Assembly (NCBI RefSeq): GCF_004010195.1
Contig: NC_057720.1
Span: 6,179,016-6,243,015, forward strand
DNA: 64,000 nucleotides
Direction: 5' to 3'
Origin: Chiloscyllium plagiosum
Lineage: Eukaryota
The position numbers were made by a program, and so were the translations under genes. This document shows positions 1 to 12,750 of this stretch, in pieces; the first letter of the stretch is position 1; every line of letters begins with the position of its first letter. Under the pieces are notes generated by a model. It was not told the origin of the DNA. It searched no databases and saw nothing but the letters and a program-made list of their open reading frames with translations.

Positions 1-443
1 GAGGAAGGAGGGCAGGTCTGAAGACCTCCTCGTGGGTCTGCTCCTGGGCCTGGCCAAATTGGCTATTAACAGGTTGAGGCAGCGGGCCGTGGAGGGGGTC
101 GTTAGGGCCAACTGCCTGCCCCTCTTCCGCGGTTATGTTAGGGCCCGGGTGTCCTTGGAGAAGGAGCATGCGGTGTCGACCAACACCCTGGAGTTGTTCA
201 GGGAGAGGTGGGCACCGCAGGGAGTGGTTTGATCACACAGCACTGCCCTTTGATGTGAAGGGCACTGCTTGTCACTGGCCACTCGGATGTTTCCTATCTT
301 CCTGATGGTGGTGGAAACTGAATAAAGATTCGTGCACCTTGTGTCTCTCACTGTGTCTCACACCTGCGCACACACAACATGGGTGCTGGGGGAAAAATAA
401 GCACTACCGCGGTTAGGCGGTAGTGTGGGGGTTAAAAAAGAAA
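1..443 (+). mobile_element. Tx1-clade (L1-group) LINE: ORF2 C-terminus, 3' UTR and A-rich tail
   Basis: ORF 32-232 (LLLGLAKLAINR..CLPLFRGYVRARVSLEKEHA..FRERW) resembles Tx1-clade ORF2 C-termini. The 3' UTR has a 9-bp hairpin CACTACCGC/GCGGTAGTG (402-425) followed by AAAAAAGAAA. Confidence 0.7.
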
Positions 444-558
444 CAGGAGCATCAGAGGTTCTGTTCACTCTGAGAGCTGGCTCTGAGGGAGCTGGATCAG
501 TTTCAAGGACTCTCCGTGTATAAATAAAGGGTGATTGGTGATGGGATACCAAAAAAAA
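444..558 (+). repeat. Extra copy of an LTR segment ending in AATAAA and A8 (probable 3' transduction)
   Basis: 444-488 is nearly identical to 559-603; AATAAA at 523-528; A8 at 551-558. Confidence 0.65.
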
Positions 559-865
559 CAGGAGTGTCAGAGGTTCTGTTCACTCTGAGAGCTGGCTCTG
601 AGGACACCAGACAAATTTCAAGTACTATTCACAAGTAAATAAAAAGTGACATAGTGACAGGAAATCAGCTTCTGTGGAGTTATTTCAGTGGTGACGAGAG
701 AAAAATATGCTCCTGACGAAATTCACTCGCAATAGTCGTCTTTGAGTTGGGGTAAGCATTTCTGGCATCGTGCTGTAATTTGGGAAGTTTGACTTGTTTG
801 ATCCTGCCCTCGAAAGCTCGGCCCAGTATGTGGAAAGAATGCATTATTTTTTCAGGACAAATGAC
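559..865 (+). mobile_element. Gypsy-type LTR retrotransposon relic: LTR 3' part, primer-binding site (PBS), gag N-terminus
   Basis: The LTR ends ..TTATTTCA at 687 and is followed by PBS-like GTGGTGACGAG (688-698). A degenerate gag start FGKFDLFDPALESSAQYVERMHYFF lies at ~779-853. Confidence 0.7.
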
Positions 866-1030
866 AAAGAAAAATAAATCCGTGCCCTTTCATTGTTGTT
901 TTTTTCATGAGCAGGAACAGCTTCACCCTACCTACCGTGTCCAGCCCGCTCATGATTTTGAAAACCTCGATCAGATCTCCTCTCAACCTTCATCTCTCCA
1001 AAGAGAACAGTCCCAACTTCTTCAGCCTAA

Positions 1031-1260
1031 TTTGATTTGATTTGATTTATTGTTGTCACGTGTACCTATGTGCAGTGAAAAGTTTTGTTTTGCGAGCAGT
1101 AAAGCCAAGTCATAACGTACAAGGACATACAGATCGTAGGATGTTTAGACAGAGCAAGGCATACAAATTACAGTTGCACAGCAAGTATACAAAAGCAAGA
1201 TTAGCATTAGAATTGAAATTTGAGGCAGGAGTTAACTATGAGTGCATGTCCTGGATCAAT
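1031..1260 (-). mobile_element. LINE 3' tail with (AAATC)n end
   Basis: The minus strand reads ..CTTTTCACTGCACATAGGTACACGTGACAACAATAAATC(AAATC)n, a typical fish/shark LINE terminus. Confidence 0.4.
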
Positions 1261-1569
1261 GGTGCTAGAAGAGCACAGCAATTCAGGCAGCATCGAGGAG
1301 CTTCTCCTGGCACAGAGATAGGGATACCCACTGTGCAAAAAAAGCTTCCAGCCAACACACAACTGAATTTGGTTTGGATAGTGAAACGCAAACTCTCTTT
1401 TTCTCTCTTCACAGCTGCTGCGATACCTGCTGAGCATTTCCAGAATTTTCCATTTGTGTTCAGGGTTTTAAAGAAGTTAGCGTGGGAGAGTGATAGAACA
1501 CTGAAAGGAACATCAGCTTCTTTGTACCAGATATCTCCAGTTGTTATATTTGCGATTGTTTCATATGAA

Positions 1570-4030
1570 TAAATCATAACAGCAGCTGTTTGAGAGTAAA
1601 TCCATTCTGACATGGGAGTCTTTTAATGACCAGTGGGTTAGAGTGCAGGACAGGCATGTTCCTGTGAGAATGAAGGACAGGGATGGTGAGATTTGGGAAC
1701 CTTGGATGACAGGGGAAATTGTCAGCTTAGTCAAAATAAAGGATGCACACCTAAGGTTGAGGCAACTAAAAGCAGACAAAGTCCTTTAAGTCAGGGGGAA
1801 TCTACTGGAATGTTTGAGGAACGCTGGTTATGGAGGTGGGTAGATAAAAGTTTGTTGTACTTGCAGTTTTGAAAGTCCTTTAAGTGTTTAGAGAAGGGAG
1901 GAAGGAGCTCAAAAAGGGAGTTAGGAAGACTAAAAGGGTCTATGAAATGTTCTTGAGCAGAAGGTTTAAGGAGAATCCCAAGACATTTAATACGTATTAG
2001 GAGCAAGAAAGTATCTAGGGAAAGAGTAGGCCCATTCAAGGATAAGGGAAAGCGGTTATATCTGTAGCCAGAGGAAATGGGTGGGATCCTTAATGTGTAT
2101 CGATATTGACCAAAGAGAGGGATGTGAGGGATGTTGAGGTTAGGGAAAAGTGTGTGATTACTTTCCGCAGGTCAACAAGAAGTGTTGTGTGTCTTGGATT
2201 ACGTTAAGTTGGACAAGTCCCCAGGGCAGAGTGGGATCTATCCCAGGATTCTGTAGGAGGTGAGGGAGGAAATAGCTAGGGCCTTAACAGATACCTTTGC
2301 CCTCAGGGAAGGTTACAGAGGATTGGAGAATGACCAATGTTGTTCCTGTGTTTAAGAAGGGAAACAGAGATATTCCAGGTAATTATAGGCCAGTAAATCT
2401 GACATCAGTGGTGGGGAAGCTATTCGAGAAGATTCTGAGAGATAAGATTTATACACATTTGGAAGTGAATGGACTTGTTAGTGATAAAGCAGTTTGGGTT
2501 TGTGTGGGCAAGGTCATGGCTCACCAACTAGATTGAGTGTTTTGAGGAGGTGACAAGAATGATCGAGGGAGGTGCAGTGGATGTTGTCTACATTGACTTC
2601 GATAAAGCATTTGATAAGTTACCTCATGGCAGGCTGATACAAAAGGTAGAGTCTCGTGAGATCCAGGGTGACCTAACTACATGGATACGAAACTGTCTTG
2701 GCCATAGAAGGCAGTAGTGGTGAAAGGATGCTTTTTGGAATGGAGATCAGAAATTAGTGGTGTTCCACAGGGATCAGTGCTGGATCTATGTTGTTTGTAC
2801 TATATATAAATGATCTGGAGGAAAATGTAGGTGCTCTGATTAGTAAGTTTATGGATGACACTGAAATTGGCGGTGTTGCAGATAGTGAGGAGGATTCTCT
2901 AAGGATACAGCGGAATATAGATAGATTGCAGATTGGTCAGAGAAATGGCAGATGGAATTTAATCTGGATGAATATGAGGTTATGTATTTTTGAAGATCAA
3001 ATTCAGGTGTGATTTACAGAATAAACGGCAGAACCCTTAGATGCATTGACACACAGAGGGATCTGGGCGTACACTTCCACAGATCCCTGAAGGTGAAAAC
3101 ACAGTTGGATAAGGTGGTCAAAAAGGCATCCAGCATGCTTGCCTTCATGAGCCGGGGCATTGAATATAAAAGTTGGCAAATTATACCACAGTTGTATAAA
3201 ACTTTACGGTAAAAACGAGGACTGCAGATGCTAGAAACCCGAGCCTGGATTAGAGTGGTGCTGGAAAAGCACAGCAGGTCAGTCAGCAACCAAGGAGCAG
3301 GAAAATCGACGTTTCGGGCAAAAAGAGACTCACTGAGATTCTTGTAGAGAGAGGAGGAGAACTTCTTCAAGGCTGGCAGCCTTGCAAGAGGATTCACAAT
3401 AAAGTTAAAATCAATGAGGTAAAAACAAGGACTGCAGATGCTGGAAACCAGAGTCTAGATTAGAATTTTAGTTAGGCCTCATTTGGAATATTGTATGCAG
3501 TGCTGGTCGCCACATTACCAGAAGGGCATGGATGTTTTTTGAGAGGGTGCAGGAAAGGTTTAGCAGGATGTTGCTTTGTCTGTAGAGTTTTACTTATGAA
3601 GAAAGGTTGGACAAACTTGGATTGTTTTCACTGGAAAGACAGAGGCTGAGAGACAACTTGGTAGAAGTCCATAAAATTACAAGAGACATAGATAGGGTGG
3701 ATAGTCAGAAACTTTTCCCCAGGGTGGAAAGGTCAGCTACAAGAGGGCACAGGTTAAAAGTGAGAGGGGGAATTCTTTGGGGAGAAGTGCAGGGAAAATC
3801 TTTCACACAGAATGTGGTGGTGGGCGCCTGGAATGCACTGACAGGGGGTGGTAGTGGAAACAGGCATGTTAGCAATGTTTAAGGGGTATCTTGACAGACA
3901 TATGAACACGAGGTGAACAGAGGAACAGAAACCATGTATGGGTTGTAGGCAGCAGGTCTAAATAAGGACTAGGAATTGGCTCAGGCTTGCTTGGCCAAAG
4001 GTCCTTTTCCTGCGCTGCATTGTCTTGTAT
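1570..4030 (+). mobile_element. CR1-clade LINE, degenerate ORF2 (RT) and 3' UTR
   Basis: VPVFKKG, NYRPVNLTSVVGK, YINDL, SKFMDDT, RDLGV, LGLFSLERQRLR and WNAL motifs, with frameshifts. Confidence 0.92.
3208..3465 (-). mobile_element. PLE terminal-repeat (family A) partial tandem inserted into CR1
   Basis: Interrupts CR1 at YKTL|VRP. GGTAAAAACRAGGACTGCAGATGCT is repeated; the HHR is truncated (rc GCCCGAAACGTCGA). Confidence 0.7.
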
Positions 4031-4544
4031 TATCGTACAGTATTGTATATAAATACATCGATCCATTTTAATAAAGAGAATGGCTTGACAATCGAAAGGT
4101 TTACAAGCAAAGCCTTTGTAAACAAGATGCATTAAACTCTCACTGGAACAATAGATGGAACACTGTAATCAATAACTGAATATGCAGTAACAATAGGCAG
4201 CTGGGACTCATAACAAGGCAGTAATCCCATGATGATAGCACCATGACCCACCGAGCGAAACTCAGAGAGTTCACATCATTAACCCTCCACAGCCTTGAAA
4301 GTACTCCTGAGAATCAGTTTGAAGTGCTCTCAGTTTTGAAAAGTGCAGCTCCAATTGCAAGTAGCAATTGATGAGCCAGAAAATTTAATGCACGTCAACA
4401 ATCAAAATATGTTATTCAGAACTATAATTTTGGCATTGACTTTACCTGCCCCCCCCTTGGCTGGGAAACTGTTGGCAGGGTGGGGACTCAGACAAAATAA
4501 GGAAGCCATGGTTCCCATCTAATCCTGCACTGCGTGGCAAGACA

Positions 4545-4990
4545 CAACATTGGAATACAGGTACAGGAGGAGGCCATTCAGCCCCTTGAGCCTGTTCTAC
4601 CATTTAAAAGCTGATCTGTGGCCTGACTTCATTTGCCTGCCTTTAGCCCATATCCTTTCATGTCTAACAAAATATTATCTCTCTGATTTAAAGTTAACAA
4701 CTGATCCAGCATCCACTGTGGATTGTTGATGAGCGTTCCAAACCCTTTCTATGTAGAAATGCTTCCTAACATCTCTCCTGAATAGTTTGACCCTAATTCT
4801 CAGAGTGTACCTGTTAATGCTGGAATCTCCAATCAATGGGAATAGTTTATCTGTACCTACCTTGTCTTTTCCTGTTAATGTCTTGAAGACTTTGATCAGA
4901 TTCGGCCTTAATCTTCTGAATTCGAGAGAAAAAAGGCTTAATTTACATAGTCTCTCCTCATAACCCCTCAAGTCCAGGTATCAATCTGTC
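4545..4990 (-). mobile_element. CR1-clade LINE 3' fragment
   Basis: YEERLCKLSLFSLEFRRLR..WNA. Confidence 0.85.
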
Positions 4991-5364
4991 AGACACAAGG
5001 CTGACTCTGATTGGTCAGGGCATTGCCCTGAGACATGAATCAAGGAATGATTACCACCAATGCTGTGGAGTTGAAGCAGGCACAATGCATGTACAAGTTA
5101 TTTCGAAAACAGGAATTGCTAGAAAAGCTCAGCAGATCTGGCGGCATCTGTGGAGAGAAATCAGAGTTAATATTTCAGGTCAAGTGACCCTACACCAGCC
5201 TGACCATTGATGCCCACACCCCAGAAAAGACTCTACATCCAGCAAAATTGAAGAAACGCTTCAGGAGGACAGGGTGGGGCAGTCGAGGAGTGTGGAGTAT
5301 GGAAGCGAAAATAAATAACGCTGTTTTATTAAGATGGAGAGAAATAGCAAGTTACATGACAGTA

Positions 5365-5996
5365 GCAAGAGTCGAAAAATGTGGTACTGGAAAAGCATAG
5401 CTGGTCAGGTAGCATTCAAGGAGCAGAAGAGTCGATGTTTTGAGAATAAACCCTTCTTCAGGAACTGGTGGGGGAAGAGGGTTGTAGCTGAGGGGGCTGA
5501 GAAATAAATAGGTGGGTGGGGGAGGGGTGGAGGTGGAGGTGGGGGTGAGATAGCTGAGAAGACGATAGGTAGATGCCATTGGAGGCTGATAGTGATAGGT
5601 TGGAAGGGAAGTCAGAATGGATAGGTGGGAAGCAAGATGGACAGGTAGGACATTTCAACAGGACATTGCCGAGTTGGAGGGTTGGATCTGGGAAGAGGTG
5701 GAGGGAGGGGAGATGAGGAAATTGGTGAAGTCGATGTTGATGCCATGTGGTTGGAGGATCCCAAGCGGAAGATGAAGCGTTCTTCCTCCAGACGTCGGGT
5801 GGCTTGGATTTGGCGGTAGAAGAGGCCAAGGACTTGCATATCTTTGGTGGAGTGGGAGGGGTAGTTGAAATGTCCACAGGGTGGTGGGGTTGTTTGGTGC
5901 GTGTGTCCCAGAGATGTTCCCTGAAATATTCCGCAAGTTGGTGTCCTGTCTCCTCAAAATAGAGGAGACCACATCAAGAGCAACGGACACAGTACC
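5365..5996 (-). mobile_element. Penelope-like element 3' fragment: GIY-YIG endonuclease and family A terminal repeat
   Basis: Minus strand YCVRCS*CGLLYFEETG..FREH and RRLEEERFIFRLG; degenerate HHR at ~5430-5464. Confidence 0.85.
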
Positions 5997-6027
5997 AGTA
6001 GCAACTGATTAATGACCAGCTGAAAGC

Positions 6028-6587
6028 GGGCGGCACGGTGGCACAGTGGTTAGCACTGCTGCCTCACAGCACCAGAGACCCGGGTTCAATTCCCGCCTCA
6101 GGCGACTGACTGTGTGGAGTTTGCACGTTCTCCCCGTGTCTGCGTGGGTTTCCTCCGGGTGCTCCAGTTTCCTCCCACAGTCCAAAGATGTGCAGGGTCA
6201 GGTGAATTAGATTAGATTAGATTACTTTACAGTGTGGAAATAGGCCCTTCGGTCCAACAAGTCCACACCGAACCGCCGAAGCACCCATACCCCTACATTT
6301 ACCCCTTACCTAACACTACGGACAATTTAACATGGCCAATTCAGAATGTGCAAACTCCACACAGTCAGTCGCCTGAGGCGGGAATTGAACCCGGGTCTCT
6401 GGCGCTGCGAGGCAGCAGTGCTAACCACTGTGCCACCGCCCACAAATTGGCCATACTAAATTGCCTGTAGTGTTAGGTAAGGGGTAAATGTAGGGGTATG
6501 GGTGGGTTTCGCTTCGGCGGGTCGGTGGACTTGTTGGGCCGAAGGGCCTGTTTCCACACTGTAATCTAATCTAAATCTAATCTAAAT
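6028..6587 (+). mobile_element. HE1-type tRNA-derived V-SINE, interrupted by an inverted HE1 copy
   Basis: A box TGGCACAGTGG, B box GGTTCAATTCC, V-domain GTGTGGAGTTTGCACGTTCTCCCCGTG, CR1-like tail and (AATCT)n. Confidence 0.9.
6209..6441 (-). mobile_element. HE1-type SINE (internally deleted) nested in antisense
   Basis: Reverse complement of the HE1 head and tail, with (AGATT)n. Confidence 0.85.
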
Positions 6588-6727
6588 CGAAAGATCTTTG
6601 AAATGAAGGTTAACAGGAATAGATAGAAATGCGGAATTTGAAACATAACCAGATCAAACATGAACTCATTGAATGGAAGTCTAGAGAAGTGAATAGCCTA
6701 GTTCTGCCCCTAATTTGTACGTTCATG

Positions 6728-8125
6728 TGGAACATAGAACATAGAACAATACAGCACAGTACAGCCCGTTGGCTGTTGATACTATGCCGGCCTTTTATCC
6801 TACTCTGTGATCAGACTAACCTACATACACTTCATTTTACTATCTTCCATGTGCCTATCCAAGATTCACTTAAGTGTCCCTAATATATCTGACTCTACTA
6901 CCACTGCTGGCAGTGCATTCCACACACCCACCACTCCCTGTGTAAAGAGCCTCCCTCTGACATCTCCCCTTCACCTTCCTCCAATCACCTTAAAATTATG
7001 CCCCCTCATGATAGCCATGTCCGCACTGGGAAAACATCTCTGGCTATCCACTCTATCTATGCCTTTCATCATCTTGTACATCTCTATCAAGTCACCTCTC
7101 ATCCTTCTTCCCTCCAATGAGAAAAGTCCGATCTTCCTCAAGCTTTCTTCATAAGGTGTGCCCTCCAGTCCAGGCAGCATCCTGGTAAATCTCCTCTGCA
7201 CTCTCTCTAAAGCTTCCACAATCAGAACTGAAGACAATATTCCAAGTGTGGTCTAACCAGGGCTTTATACAGCTGCAACATAACCTTGTGACTCTTAAAC
7301 TCAATTCCCCTGCTCGTGAAAGCCAACACACTATATGCTTTCTTAATAACTTGGATGACAACTTAGACCCCAAGTTCCTTCTGTGCCTCCACACTGCCAG
7401 GAATCCTGTCTTTAATCCTGTAAACAACTTTCAAATTCAACTTTCCAAAATGGATCACATCACACTTTTTCAGGTTGAACTCCATCTGCCAGCTCTCAGC
7501 CCAACTTTGCATCCTGTCAATGTCCCATTGCAACATACAACAGCCCTCCACACTATCTACAACTCCACCAATATTCATGTCATTGGCAAACTTACTAACC
7601 CACCCTTCCACTTCCTCATCCAAGTCATTTATAAGAATCACAAATAGCTGAGGTCCCAGAACCGATCCCTGCAGAACACCTCTGGTCACTAAGCTCCAGG
7701 CTGAACATTTTCCATATACTTCCACCTTCTGTCTTCTATGGGCCAGCCAATTCTGTATCCAGACAGCCAGATTTCCCTGTATCCCATGCTTCCTTAGTTT
7801 CTAAATGAACCTACCATGGGGAATGTTATCAAACGCCTTGCTAAAATCCATATACATCACATCCGCTGTTCTACCTTCGTCAATGTGTTTTGTCACATCC
7901 TCCAAGAATTCAATAAGGCTTGTGAGACAGACCTGCCCCTCACAAAGCCCTGCTGACTATCTCTAATCAAATTATGGTTTTCCAAGTAATCATGAATCCT
8001 GTCTCTCAGAATCCTCTCTAATAATTTGCCCACCACTGATATGAGACTAACTGGTCTGTAATTCCAGGGATTATCCCTATTTCTTTTCTTGAGCAAAAGA
8101 ATAACATTTATTACCCTCCAATGAT
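6728..8125 (-). mobile_element. CR1-clade LINE, 3' 1.4 kb
   Basis: NYRPVSL, QGSVLGP, INDLD, SKFAND, ERVQRRFTRMLPG; (TTCTATG)n-type tail. Confidence 0.92.
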
Positions 8126-8553
8126 CTGAATTTATCTAGAACTATTGATGCTATTAAAATATTTAGAGAAGCAGAAACAAAATAAAGTAATTCCTTCCAT
8201 ATGCTTTGCGAAATGGACTGCAGAATCCATATTATTTTTTATTATTTGTTCATGGGGTTTGGGCATTGCTGGTGAGTTTATTGTTCATCCTGAATCGACC
8301 AGAAGGGAATTGAGATTTTAATGTTAGTTAAGTTACTTCATTGATAACTACTATCCTTAAAAGTTCTGATCTGTAAATATGATAAGGTACGTATTGCCAT
8401 ACAACCCCTGTGTATTTCTGAGTAACTTAGGCAGAAATGTAAAATGACCAAGCCATGAAAAGCCACATTTCAGCTGGTGGAAGATGTACTGTAAGTTTGG
8501 CAAAATTTGTTTTAAATCTTTAGGAAGCAGACGTGCTTGTATATTCACCATCT

Positions 8554-8905
8554 AGGTGGCACAGTAGCGCAATGTTTAGCACTGCCGCCTCACAGCGCGA
8601 GGAATCTGGGTTCAATTCAACCCTTTGGCAACTACCTGTGTGGAGTTTGCACGTTCTCTCCGTGTCTGTTTGGGATACCTCCGGGTGCTCTGGTTTCCTC
8701 CCACAGTCCAAAGATGTGCATGTTAGGGGGGATTGGCCATGCTAAATTGCCCCATAGTGTCCCGGGATGGTGTAGGTTATGTGGATTGGGGAAATTCATG
8801 TTTATAGGGATAGAGTGGGAGGAGGGTGTGGATCTGAGTGTGATTCTCTTTGGAGGACTGGAGGGGCTGAATGGTCTGCTTCCACACTGAGGGGATTCTA
8901 TGATC
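8554..8905 (+). mobile_element. HE1-type SINE
   Basis: tRNA-like head, V-domain and LINE-like tail. Confidence 0.85.
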
Positions 8906-9510
8906 TCTCTTCCCACTCTTCTGTCTCTCCATATTTATCCTGCAGTTACATGTAATTCAATGTCAACAGTGTCCTTGGGAAATGAACCATTTGGTGCAAT
9001 ATCATGGGACACTTTAGAATGCATTTTGCATAATGCAGCGTATAATGTAACGTGCACAATTTGGGTCCGCAAGGCTAATGAAGGAGGGCTGGTCTAGCTT
9101 AGTTCCTGAGGTGTTTGCATGTGGTTTAAAGTAATATTAACAATGCAGTTTTGATTCCCATTCAGGCTAAGGTAGACCTGGAAATTGCCTCCTCCCAGTG
9201 CCCCTGAAAGTAGAGGCTAATAGCAACCCATTGCTGACAAAATCTGTCAAGGAAACAGCTCAGACAATGAGACAAAGGCTTGCCTGCAGGCAGAGTACTC
9301 AGGAACTCAAGAGGAAAGGTGAGACAGTCTAGGGCTGTATTTTCAGTAGTTTAGAAGAGACAGACATGACATAACTGAAACATTTAAGATTCTGTGGAGA
9401 CTTGACCACATGCTTTCTTTTGTTAAAGAATCTAGAATTTGGTGTCACTGTTTAAAAATAAGGGTTCACCAATTTAAAACAGAGATGAATAAACATTTTA
9501 TTTTCTCTCA

Positions 9511-10800
9511 GATAGAGTCATAGAGATGTACAGCATAGAAACAGACCCTTCGGTCCAACTCGTCCATGCCGACCAGATATCCCAACTCAATCTTGTCCCA
9601 TTTGCCAACATTTGGCCCATATTCCTCCAAACCCTTCCTATTCAACTACCCATCCAGATACCTTTTAAATGCCATAATTGTAGCAGCCTCCACCACTTCC
9701 TCCGGCAGCCCATTCCACACAAACACCACTCTCTGCCTGCAAAAGTTGCGCCTTAGGTCCCTTTTATATCTTTCCCCTCTCACCCTGAAACTATCCCCTC
9801 TAGTTCTGGAATCCACCACCCCAGGGAAAAGACTTTGTCTATTTACCCTATGCATGCTCCTCATGAATTTATAAATCTCTATAAAGTCACCCCTCAGCCT
9901 CCGACGCTCCAGGGAAAATAGACCTCAGCCTATTCAGACTCTCCCTATAGCTCAAACCCTCCAACCCTGTAAACATCCTTGGAAATATATTCTGAACCAT
10001 TTCAAATTTCACAACATCTTTCCGATAGGAAGGAGACCAGAATTGCACAAAATATTTCAAAAGTTGACTAACCAATGTCCTGTACAGCTGCAACATGACC
10101 TCCCAAATCCTGAACTCAATACTCTGACTAATAAAGGAAAGCATACCAAATGCCTTCTTCACTATCTTATCTACCTGCGACTCCACATTCAAGGAGCTAT
10201 GAACGTGCATTCCAAAGTCTCTTTGTTCAGCAACACTCCCCAGAACATTCCCATTAAGTGTGTAAGTCTTGCTCTGATTTGCTTTTCCAAAATGCAGCAC
10301 CTCACATTTATCTAAATTAAATGCCATCTGCCACACCTCAGCCCCTTAGCCCATCTGATCAAGATCCCGTTGTAATCTAAGATAAATCTAATCTAATCTG
10401 ATCTAATCTAAACCTTCTTCGCTGTCCACTACACCTCCAATTTTGGTGTCATCTGCAAACTTACTAACTGTACCTCCTATGTTCATATCCAAATCATTTA
10501 AATAAATGACGAAAAGTAGAGGACCCAGCACTGATCCTTGTGGCACTCCACTGGTCACAGGCTTCCAGTTTGAAAAGCGACCCTCTAACACCACCCTCTG
10601 CCTTTTACCTTGGAGCCACTTTTGTATCCAAATGGCTAGTTCTGCATGTAGTCCACAAGATATAGCCTTACTAACCAGTTTGTGATGAGGCACCTTGTCA
10701 AATACCTTACTGAAGTTCATATAGATCAAATCTACCGCTCTGTCCTCATCAATCCTCTTTGTTACTTCTTCAAAAGCTCATTTACATTTGTGAGACATGA
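9511..10800 (-). mobile_element. CR1/HER1-type LINE nested in an older plus-strand CR1 (9295-10965)
   Basis: [32 protein letters not shown]; tail ..CTCTATGACTCTA. Confidence 0.92.
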
Positions 10801-10964
10801 TTGTTATGAGTCTTTGGAATTCTCTCTCTCAAAAGTCAGTGGACACAGAATCTTTAAATATTTTTTAAGCCTGGGATAGTTAAATTTTGGATTAGCAAGG
10901 GATGAAACATTTTCAGGGAATTTTCAGGAATGGTGCAACAGGCCTCATCTCATATCTTGCTTGT

Positions 10965-11315
10965 ATTTTTATTTATTCACGGGATGAGGGTGTTACTGGC
11001 TTGACAGCATTTCTTGCCCATCCCTAGCTGCCCCAGGGGGCCATTAAGCACCAACCACATTGCTGTGGGTCTGGAGTCTCATGTAAGCCAGGCCAGGTAA
11101 GGATGGCAGATTCCTTCCCTGAAGGACATTAGTGTAGCAGATGGGTTTTTCCTGACAATGGATTCATGGTCATTATTAGACTTTTAAAGTCCAGGTCTAT
11201 TTTTAATTAAATTCAAATTCCTGCTTTGGCAGTATTTGAACCTAGGTTCCCAGAACATGGTCTGGGTCTCTGGATTAATAGTCCAGCAATAATATTGCTA
11301 GGCCATCACCTCCCC
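10965..11315 (-). mobile_element. tRNA-derived SINE, second family
   Basis: Minus-strand head GGGGAGGTGATGGCCTAG..GGTTCAAAT. Related copies lie at about 11452, 24005-24405, 29250/31102, 45945, 58210 and 60003. Confidence 0.75.
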
Positions 11316-11639
11316 TCTATGTTCATACCTGAGACGATGACTGATAGCATATTTTGTATGGCCAAATCAGACCAAAAGACAGCAGGCTACACTTTGGCCT
11401 GTATTTCAGGCACAGTTTGGTTTGCTTCACTCTCTTAATGGAGTTCCATTGTAGGGGAATGGTGGCCCTAGCGATATTATCGTTAGACTATTAATTCAGA
11501 GTCCTTGGTAATGTACTGAGGGCCTGGTTTTGAATTCTGTCATGGCAGATAGTGAAATTTGAATTCAATGAGTACCTGGAATTTGGAGTCAAAGGTTGAT
11601 CTGGAAGCCATTATCTATTGTTGGGGCAAAGCCTATCTG

Positions 11640-12222
11640 CTGAGGAAAACTCATAGATCGGAACACTTTTGATTTTCACTTTGCACAAAGACCTGGCTAC
11701 AGTCAGATGTAAGATCACTTCCTCTTGGCAAAAGGAGATAGCTCAGAACAGTTAAGAAATAAGTTAACTCAGTTTGGTTTGAAGCCCAGAAATGTTTGGT
11801 TGGTAACTTGAATCAGTTGTTTGTAGCTCAGAAAGTTTCAGCTCAGTTGTGTGAATAATCTAAGAAAATTGAAAGAAACAGTTCAGTCAAGCTCATAGAT
11901 ATGATAGAGAAAGGATTTTTCTCTGGTGTTTGAGTATTGTGAGGTAATGGTATTAGGAATAGATGGGATTTTATTCAGCTGTATGTTCTGAAATCTTTCA
12001 AATTGGTTCATTGGTAAATAACTTGGTTCATTCTACTTTATCTTCATTTAGTTTGTGTAATAAACTTCTGTTTTGTTTTTTGAAATTAAATCTGTCGCAT
12101 TGTGTGTTTGTGTTTCAGTGAGAGAACACCTTGTTGAAATCAAAATGATAAAACATGATCAATCAAGCCAGTTTTCAGTCTGGGAGCTGTCTTGTCCAGT
12201 AGTAACATCAGCTGGGCTCATA
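11640..12222 (+). mobile_element. Probable solo LTR (degenerate)
   Basis: AATAAA at ~12059 followed by a U5-like stretch ending ..CAGCTGGGCTCATA; lies between SINE pieces. Confidence 0.4.
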
Positions 12223-12279
12223 TGGGTTTTGCAATAATAGTGATCACTGCTGAGGCTTATTTTTAATCCCAGATTTATT

Positions 12280-12750
12280 ATAGAGTCATAGAACTGTACA
12301 GCACTGAAAAAGACCCTTCAGTCCAACTTGTCCATGCTGACCAGATATCCTAAATTAATCTAGTCCCATTTGCCAGCATTTGGCCCATATCCCTCTAAAC
12401 CTTTCGTATTCAACTACCCATCCAGATGCCTTTTAAATGTTGTCATTGTACCAGCCTCCACCACTTCCTCTGGCAGCTCATTCCATACATTCACCACCCT
12501 CTGCGTGAAAAAGTTATCCATTTTAAATCTTTCCTTTCTCACCTTAAGCATATGCCCTTTAGTTTTAGACTCCCTGGGGAAAAGACCTTGTCTATTTCCC
12601 CTATCCATACCCCTCATGATTTTATAAACCTCGATAAGGTCACCCCTCAGTCTCTGTCATTCCAGGGAAAACAGCACCAGCCTATTCAGCCTCTTGCTAT
12701 AGCTCAAACCTTCCAACCCTGGCAAATCCTTCCAAAGCTTTTCTGGTCTT
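12280..12750 (-). mobile_element. CR1/HER1-type 3' fragment
   Basis: MRGMDR..FFTQRVVNVWNELP. Confidence 0.88.

Noticed and set aside
1042..1613. 176-aa and 125-aa ORFs
   Set aside because: They span a LINE tail, a family B fragment and the edge of a CR1; no domain recognised.
1570..4030. Active autonomous LINE or domesticated RT gene
   Set aside because: Multiple stops, frameshifts and nested insertions.
6028..6100. tRNA genes
   Set aside because: The A/B boxes belong to SINE heads followed by V-domain and LINE tails; no complete cloverleaf.
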